Shown here: in pieces, positions 56,336 to 64,000 of the stretch
Numbering within the stretch: the first letter of the stretch is position 1
How the letters are laid out: each line of letters starts with the position of its first letter
Origin: Eledone cirrhosa
Taxonomy: Eukaryota
Length of the DNA stretch: 64,000 nucleotides
NCBI GenBank assembly: GCA_964016885.1
Contig: OZ024742.1
Location: 357,802,001-357,866,000, forward strand
Direction: 5' to 3'
Made by a program: the position numbers and the translations under genes
The notes under the pieces: model-generated
What the model saw: the letters and a program-made list of their open reading frames with translations, nothing else
What the model was told of the DNA's origin: nothing
Databases searched by the model: none

Positions 56336-56879
56336 CAGTATTCTTCTCCCCATTTTTTCACATATATTTACCTAAACTGCGATTCTGTTTTTTTCTCTCT
56401 CTCTCTCTCTCTCTTACTGCTCCCTCGTACTCTCTGTTTCTCCTACTTTCTTTCGCCCCCTCTGTCATGTCAGTTAACTCTTCCTCACACTTCCACTCAC
56501 TCACTCACTGTTTCTCCCCTTCTCACTTCACCCCGTTCGCGACGAAAACATTTTCTCTCTTTCTCACATTTGGATTCATCCCGAAAGGTCTTTTTTCTAA
56601 GCGCTCATATATTCACCTAGCTTATGCTAACAGAATAACTATGTAGCTTGTTCCCTTCCTCTCTACGGTTAGCTCTCCTCTTTGTTGTTATCTTGTCTCA
56701 CTCGCTTTACGCGTTTTAATTGTCCTAATAACTTAATTTAGTTATTATTGCACCGACGTGAGTTATATGATTTTTAATGCAATGAAATATCTATGATCGT
56801 GGGCAAATCACTGATGAGGGACTCATTTTATTACATGTTATCCATGTGCAACCTGCAGTATTCTTCTCCCCATTTTTTC

Positions 56880-56880
<1 letters not shown>
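56336..56880 (+). mobile_element. 520-bp unit with a 25-bp terminal direct repeat (family B, copy 1)
   Basis: CAGTATTCTTCTCCCCATTTTTTCA occurs at 56336 and 56856. Homologous to 61202-61930. Contains a CTGATGA-GGGA...TCC half-hammerhead at 56810. Confidence 0.78.
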
Positions 56881-56911
<31 letters not shown>

Positions 56912-57443
56912 ATATATAATGTTCAACATTACATGTATATCTCCTCAACACCAACGTACATATTTACAATCCTATATAGATACACACACATATTGCCACT
57001 GTTTCAGTTATAATTAAATAACATTTTATGATCTTTATTATGCAATAGTTTAAATGGCAACTGCAGATTAAAGAAATTGTTCTTATGTAGAGAGAGTGAA
57101 GAGATTTATTTAAAAAATTAAATGGAAATACACAGAAAATTTTTAAAAAATGGAGCCTTTGTTGTGACAACAGCACAATAAAAGCATCTGTGAGTGAGAG
57201 GAAAAGAATTTGTCAGTAAAATCTTAATAGTGAGATAGAGAGGAAGTTATAAAAAAGAAATAGAGAGCAAATAATAAAAGATAGAGAAAGAGGAACAAGA
57301 AAAAGTGTAAAACACTCTGAGATGAGGCAGCAGTGGAGGAATATATACACACAGAATCATCATTTAATATCTGCTTTCCCTGCTAGTATGGGTTTGGCAG
57401 GTTGACACAAACTGATTCAGTATTCAAGCAGAGCCACTAACCA

Positions 57444-58211
57444 AGCAGACAAGTCTGTGGGGCTGTCTTTCACACCAGTCAGCTCACTGGGGCTGTATCT
57501 CACAGCAGACAGTGCTGTAGGGCTGTATCTCACAGCAGACAGACCTGTAGGGTTGTATCTCACAGCAGATAGACCTCTAGGGCTGTGTCTCACAGCAGAC
57601 AGTCCTGTAGGGCTGTATCTCACAGCAGACAGTCCTATAGAGCTGTATATCACAGCAGACAGACCTGTAGGGCTGTATCTCACAGCAGACAGTCCTATAG
57701 GGCTGTATCTCACAGCAGACAGACCTGTAGGGCTGTATCTCACAGCAGATAGACCTTTCGGGCTGTATCTCACAGCAGATATACCTCTAGGGCTGTATCT
57801 CACAGCAGACAGTCTTGTAGGGCTGTATCTCACAGCAGACATCCTATAGGGCTGTATCTCACAGCAGACAGACCTGTAGGGCTGTATCTCACAGCAGATA
57901 GACCTGTAGGGTTGTATCTCACAGCAAATAGGCCTGTATCTCACAGCAGATATACCTCTAGGGCTGTATCTCACAGCAGACAGTCTTGTAGGGCTGTATC
58001 TCACAGCAGACAGTCCTATAGGGCTGTATCTCACAGCAGACAGATCTGTAGGGCTGTATCTCACAGCAGACAGTCCTATAGGGCTGTATCTCACAGCAGA
58101 CAGACCTGTAGGGTTGTATCTCACAGCAGACAGTCTTGTAGGGTTGTATCTCACAGCAGACAGTCCTGTAGGGCTGGTTCGCACAGCAGACAGCTCAGTG
58201 GGGCTGTATCT
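57444..58211. repeat. 30-bp minisatellite (~25 copies)
   Basis: GGGCTGTATCTCACAGCAGACAG(A/T)CCTGTA in tandem. It explains the SAVRYSPTGL repeat ORF. Confidence 0.97.
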
Positions 58212-59868
58212 ACATGACCAGTGTACAGTGTGTACTGGCTGCTTTTTATCGTGACACCTACACAACCACTTTACAGTGTGGGCTGGGTGCTTTTTGTCAT
58301 GTTGCCAAAACAACAATTTTACAGTATGGACTGGGGGCTGGAGTGAGTGGTGTGCCTGGAGATGGGGGGATTATAACTAGGAACATGGGTGAGGGGTGGG
58401 GTGTTATGACGTGGGAGTTGTATGGAAGGTACAGGAAAGTGGGGCATACTAGATGTATGCTTCAACTCATGCGCATGGGAGGGCAGTTTATTGCATATAA
58501 ATTAAATTGCATTCTTTCAAAAAAACTGGAATAAATCCTCTATATATTAACAACCATTCAAAGTTATTTGTGTACCAGTAGTTTTATAGATGTACCAAAT
58601 AGAGAATACTGGTATTCATTTTAGACTTGGTTAGCCATGAGAGAATTTGAACCTAATAAACAAAAATCAAATACTGTCTTGTCCTAACTTTCATTATAAA
58701 CTTTTAACACTAACTACAGCCAATAAGGAAATTAATCTTGAAAATGCTACTGTGTATTCAGATACCTTTATTTCATGAAGCTACCATTAGATTTCAGGAT
58801 GAAGGAACTGCATTTTTAAAGAGATAGGCCATTACATTTCTTCCTTTATCAGCTGATATATTCTGTGTTAACACCCGAGACTATTATCTAGAGACAAATT
58901 GAAAGTACAGGAATTTATTTATCAATTTCGTTGTGCTGTCTGTAGATACAATACAAATTGTCTATTTTTATCTTTTGTCCATACATTCATATGTATTCAG
59001 AGCAGTGCATGAGGATTATGTGGGATGAATATTTCTTGAAGATATTTATGGTAATAAATGCCTATATGTTGCAATATTAATGGACTAGTTAATCGAAGCC
59101 AAATCTTGGCGTTAAAATCATTCTTATATCTAGTTAACCCATGTTATAGTCGTAATCTTCTGGGAAAGTTCCAAAAGAACTATCATGTCAGTAATTCAGA
59201 GCATAGTTTATTGACTAGAAGCTGGCTCTTACAATGAAAGTACTGAAGAGATAATTTCCTTTCACTGAAATTTAGTCAGGAGAATGGCTGAAGCAATTAA
59301 CTTAATAGAGACAAAACGTTTTGAACACATTTAAAAGTAAAGACCTGAGGCAATAATTCAGAACATAATAAGATGCTCTAACATCAGTTCAGCTACATGA
59401 CATCCCTTGGTACTAGAGAGATAGGTGAAGAAAAAGAATATTGTACAGTTTGCAATAAAGAAAAATCACACAAATCTAATAGAATTATTATTAAATAATT
59501 TCCCATAATTTTCTTTATGAAAATAAACCAAATAATTACAATGCATTTAACACCTGCATTCACTAACTGGCAACAATTTTAGATTTAGTGATTCTCTTTT
59601 AAAAGATTTCCAAATTTGACTTGATTTACACCAACACCACGCAAATATTTCTATCTCTTAATCTAGAAAAGCCTGAGAGATCTTTACACACTGCTTTCCT
59701 TCTTTATATTAATAAGTAAGAATAGAAATCACACAGAATTGGTTGCTTTTTCAGTACACTTTATCTAAGAGTATATATAAATTAGGTTGTAACATAAATT
59801 CCCATTGTTTCTGTTATTAAACAAATTATAACAACGGCGGGAATTTATGTTACAACCCAATATATATA

Positions 59869-60141
59869 TTTCATTTCATCATTCATTTCATTTCATTTTA
59901 CGTCCGCTTTTCCCTGATTGCAAGATTGGGACGGGAACTGATTCTGGCTTGATTCTACAGCTGGATGCCCTTCCTAACACCAACTTCATTTACAGTGAGT
60001 GCTGGGTGCTTTTTTGCCGTGGCACCTCCACGACCACTTGCAGTGGAATGATATGGACCCCAGTCCCTATTATCTCATTTCTACAGCTGAGTAAACTGGA
60101 GCAATGTGAAATAAAATGTCTTGCTCAAGGAAACAACACAT
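59869..60141 (-). mobile_element. SINE copy 2, 5'-truncated, with a terminal fold-back
   Basis: Colinear with 43360-43610. 60092-60123 is repeated in inverted orientation at 60142-60173, immediately before (TA)n. Confidence 0.78.
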
Positions 60142-60171
60142 CAAGACACTTTATTTCACATTGCTCCAGTT

Positions 60172-60208
<37 letters not shown>

Positions 60209-61201
60209 CTGATGGTAGCTAAGATGCTTCCATAGGCGGTATGCCGATTGAGCACTCTATGCTCTTACAGAGCAGAGTATGATATAATATAAAACGAAAA
60301 ATCAGTGATGCATCTGAACTCAATTTATTGTGTGTTTCAATTGTTTCGCCGGCGGACAGCTCGAGACCCGATCATTGTGTGGATCTGTCTGATTCTGGAC
60401 CCGCAGGTTCGACGGACACGTCTAATGATTTCGGAGCAAATTCTTTCACTGGGGTATTACCATCAAAAACTTCATCCTCTTTGCGCGTCCTGTTATTGGC
60501 CGCTGGTTGTCTACGTCATCATAATTATGACCACAGGTATCATTCAGCTGACCATCAGCTGTCCCATGTCTGCCACACTTCAATGAATTACTGATGGGTT
60601 TGGTAGTTCACACGTCCACGCGTGCACTCTCACACGCACACACAATCACATATATAACGACAATCGTACGCATAGACTCCCGCTATACACACACACATTT
60701 AAGAGAACATATAAACCTATAAACATATGCATACACAGACGCATGCCTACATGCCTATATACATCATCACACACACACACACACAGATGGATACGCGTAT
60801 ATATACCCGTACACACAAACACGTACAGACATATACATAGACATCCCCCCCTTCTTTTTCTCTCATGCACACACACATACACACACGTATCCATATATAC
60901 AGGCACAGATACACACTCGCTCGCAAACACACACATATATATATATACACACACAAACAAGTCCTTTCCCTACAGTGGGTGCTCTTACACACGCACACAC
61001 ACACTGGCTCATATACACTCTTACAGATATGCACATATTCACATACACGGCCACACACGCATAAAAAGATATATATATATATATATACAAATAGGATATA
61101 CACACAAAGTCATATAAAGATACACAATGGGTCATACATGAAAGTATGCATCTTGTAATAAACAAGCACATATATAAACAATATAATCATATATATATAT
61201 A

Positions 61202-61925
61202 TTGTTTACTTGTCTCACTCGCTTTACGCGTTTCACTTGTCCCAATAGCTTATTTTAGTTATTGCTCGCACCAACCTGAGGTATCTGATTTTTAATGCGG
61301 TGAAATACCAATGATGGTTGGCAAATCACTGATGAGGGACTAATTTTATAATATGTAATCCATGTGCAACCATGCAGTATTCTTCTCCCCTTGTTTTTCA
61401 TATATATTTACCTAAACTACGATTATCTGTTTCTCTCTTTCTCTCTTACTGCTCCCCGTTCTCTCTGTTTTTCTTACCTTCTTTCGCCCCCGCTGTCAGT
61501 TACACTTTCTCTCGACTGACCTCTTCCTCGCACTTCCACTCACTCACTCTCTGTTTCTCCCCTTCTCACTTCCTCCCGTTCGCTAGTAGTGGGGTTCCTT
61601 CTTTCTCACACCCCATTCACGGCGTACGGTCTGCTTCTCTGACCGCTCATGAAATTCACCCAGATTATGCTGATCGGATAACTATCATGTTGCCTGCTGT
61701 TTTTCCAACCTTCGGTTTGCTTTTCCTTCTGTTGTTTACTTGTCTCACTTGCTTTTCGCGTTTCACTTGTCCCAATAGCTTATTTTAGTTATTGCTCGCA
61801 CCAACCTGAGGTATCTGATTTTTAATGCGATGAAATAGCAATGATGGTTGGCAAATCACTGACGAGGGACTAATTTCATAATATGTAATCCATGTGCAAC
61901 CATGCAGTATTCTTCTCCCCTTGTT

Positions 61926-61930
<5 letters not shown>
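61202..61930 (+). mobile_element. 530-bp tandem unit, 1.37 copies (family B, copy 2)
   Basis: TTGTTTACTTGTCTCACT starts at 61202 and 61732. It has the same 3' junction (TTTTCA|TATATA) as 56880. CTGATGA/CTGACGA occur at 61329 and 61859. Confidence 0.82.
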
Positions 61931-61984
<54 letters not shown>

Positions 61985-62023
61985 TATTGAAGTTTGCTTG
62001 AAGCATTGTGGAACAATAAGTAA

Positions 62024-63631
<1,608 letters not shown>

Positions 63632-63834
63632 TATATATACATACATATATATATATACATACATATATATATATATATATACACATACATGTATACATAT
63701 ATATAAAGAAATATAAAATATATTAAAAATATACATATAACGTCACACACATAGAGATACACAGTGTGCTATACATGTAAGGGCGCGCCCAGTTATGTCT
63801 ACAAAGATGTTGTTACGTTGCGAACATGGATCAA

Positions 63835-64000
63835 ACCACATATGGAATCTTCACGCAAAGACACATAATGGGCGTTCATAGTATTACAGTAAATAGTATG
63901 CGCAGACGGTACATAGAAAATGCGTGCAGAATATATATAAAAAAAAGAAAATACTATGAACGTCCATTATGTGGGTTTGCGTGAAGGTTTCACACGTGGT
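63835..64000. repeat. Inverted repeat with 51-bp or longer arms (63835-63885 and 63950-64000), running off the window edge
   Basis: ACCACATATGGAATCTTCACGCAAAGACACATAATGGGCGTTCATAGTATT matches the reverse complement of the last 51 bases with about 7 mismatches. Confidence 0.85.

Noticed and set aside
57417-58316. 299-aa repeat protein (SAVRYSPTGL)n
   Set aside because: It is a 30-bp minisatellite that is open on both strands, changes register at internal deletions, has SINE-like flanks and shows no domain or exon evidence.
58540-59860. AT-rich unique stretch as a host exon or regulatory region
   Set aside because: No long ORF, splice-supported exon or recognisable motif was seen.
61280-61340. 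Permuted hammerhead using upstream GAAATACC paired with GGTATC in family B
   Set aside because: No stem II can form, and the pairing is not kept in the other two copies.

Overview
Gene-free, repeat-dominated animal genomic DNA. The SINE tails and (TA)n load suggest an octopus or other cephalopod (inference). Bases 1-43168 are one head-to-tail 37-bp satellite array (~1,165 monomers; consensus GGTAGGTATGGCCCCTTCCTTCAGACCTATCAAAGGT). Each monomer has an 8-bp hairpin, the array has higher-order duplications, and it becomes more homogeneous towards an abrupt right edge. Bases 43169-64000 are a (TA)n/(CA)n microsatellite field packed with mobile DNA. It holds a 5'-truncated but uninterrupted Penelope-like (Neptune-type) RT + GIY-YIG ORF, a non-autonomous Helitron whose empty site is preserved nearby, tRNA-type SINE copies, a possible solo LTR and a 30-bp minisatellite. 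Most notable are several unrelated short non-coding families carrying type I hammerhead ribozymes (canonical, core-variant or decayed). They occur as partial tandem units (469, 485, 520/530 bp) and inverted pairs, joined to (TA)n through ATAT microhomology. Together these look like a (TA)n-targeting Penelope/retrozyme system. Almost all ORFs in the supplied track are repeat artefacts.
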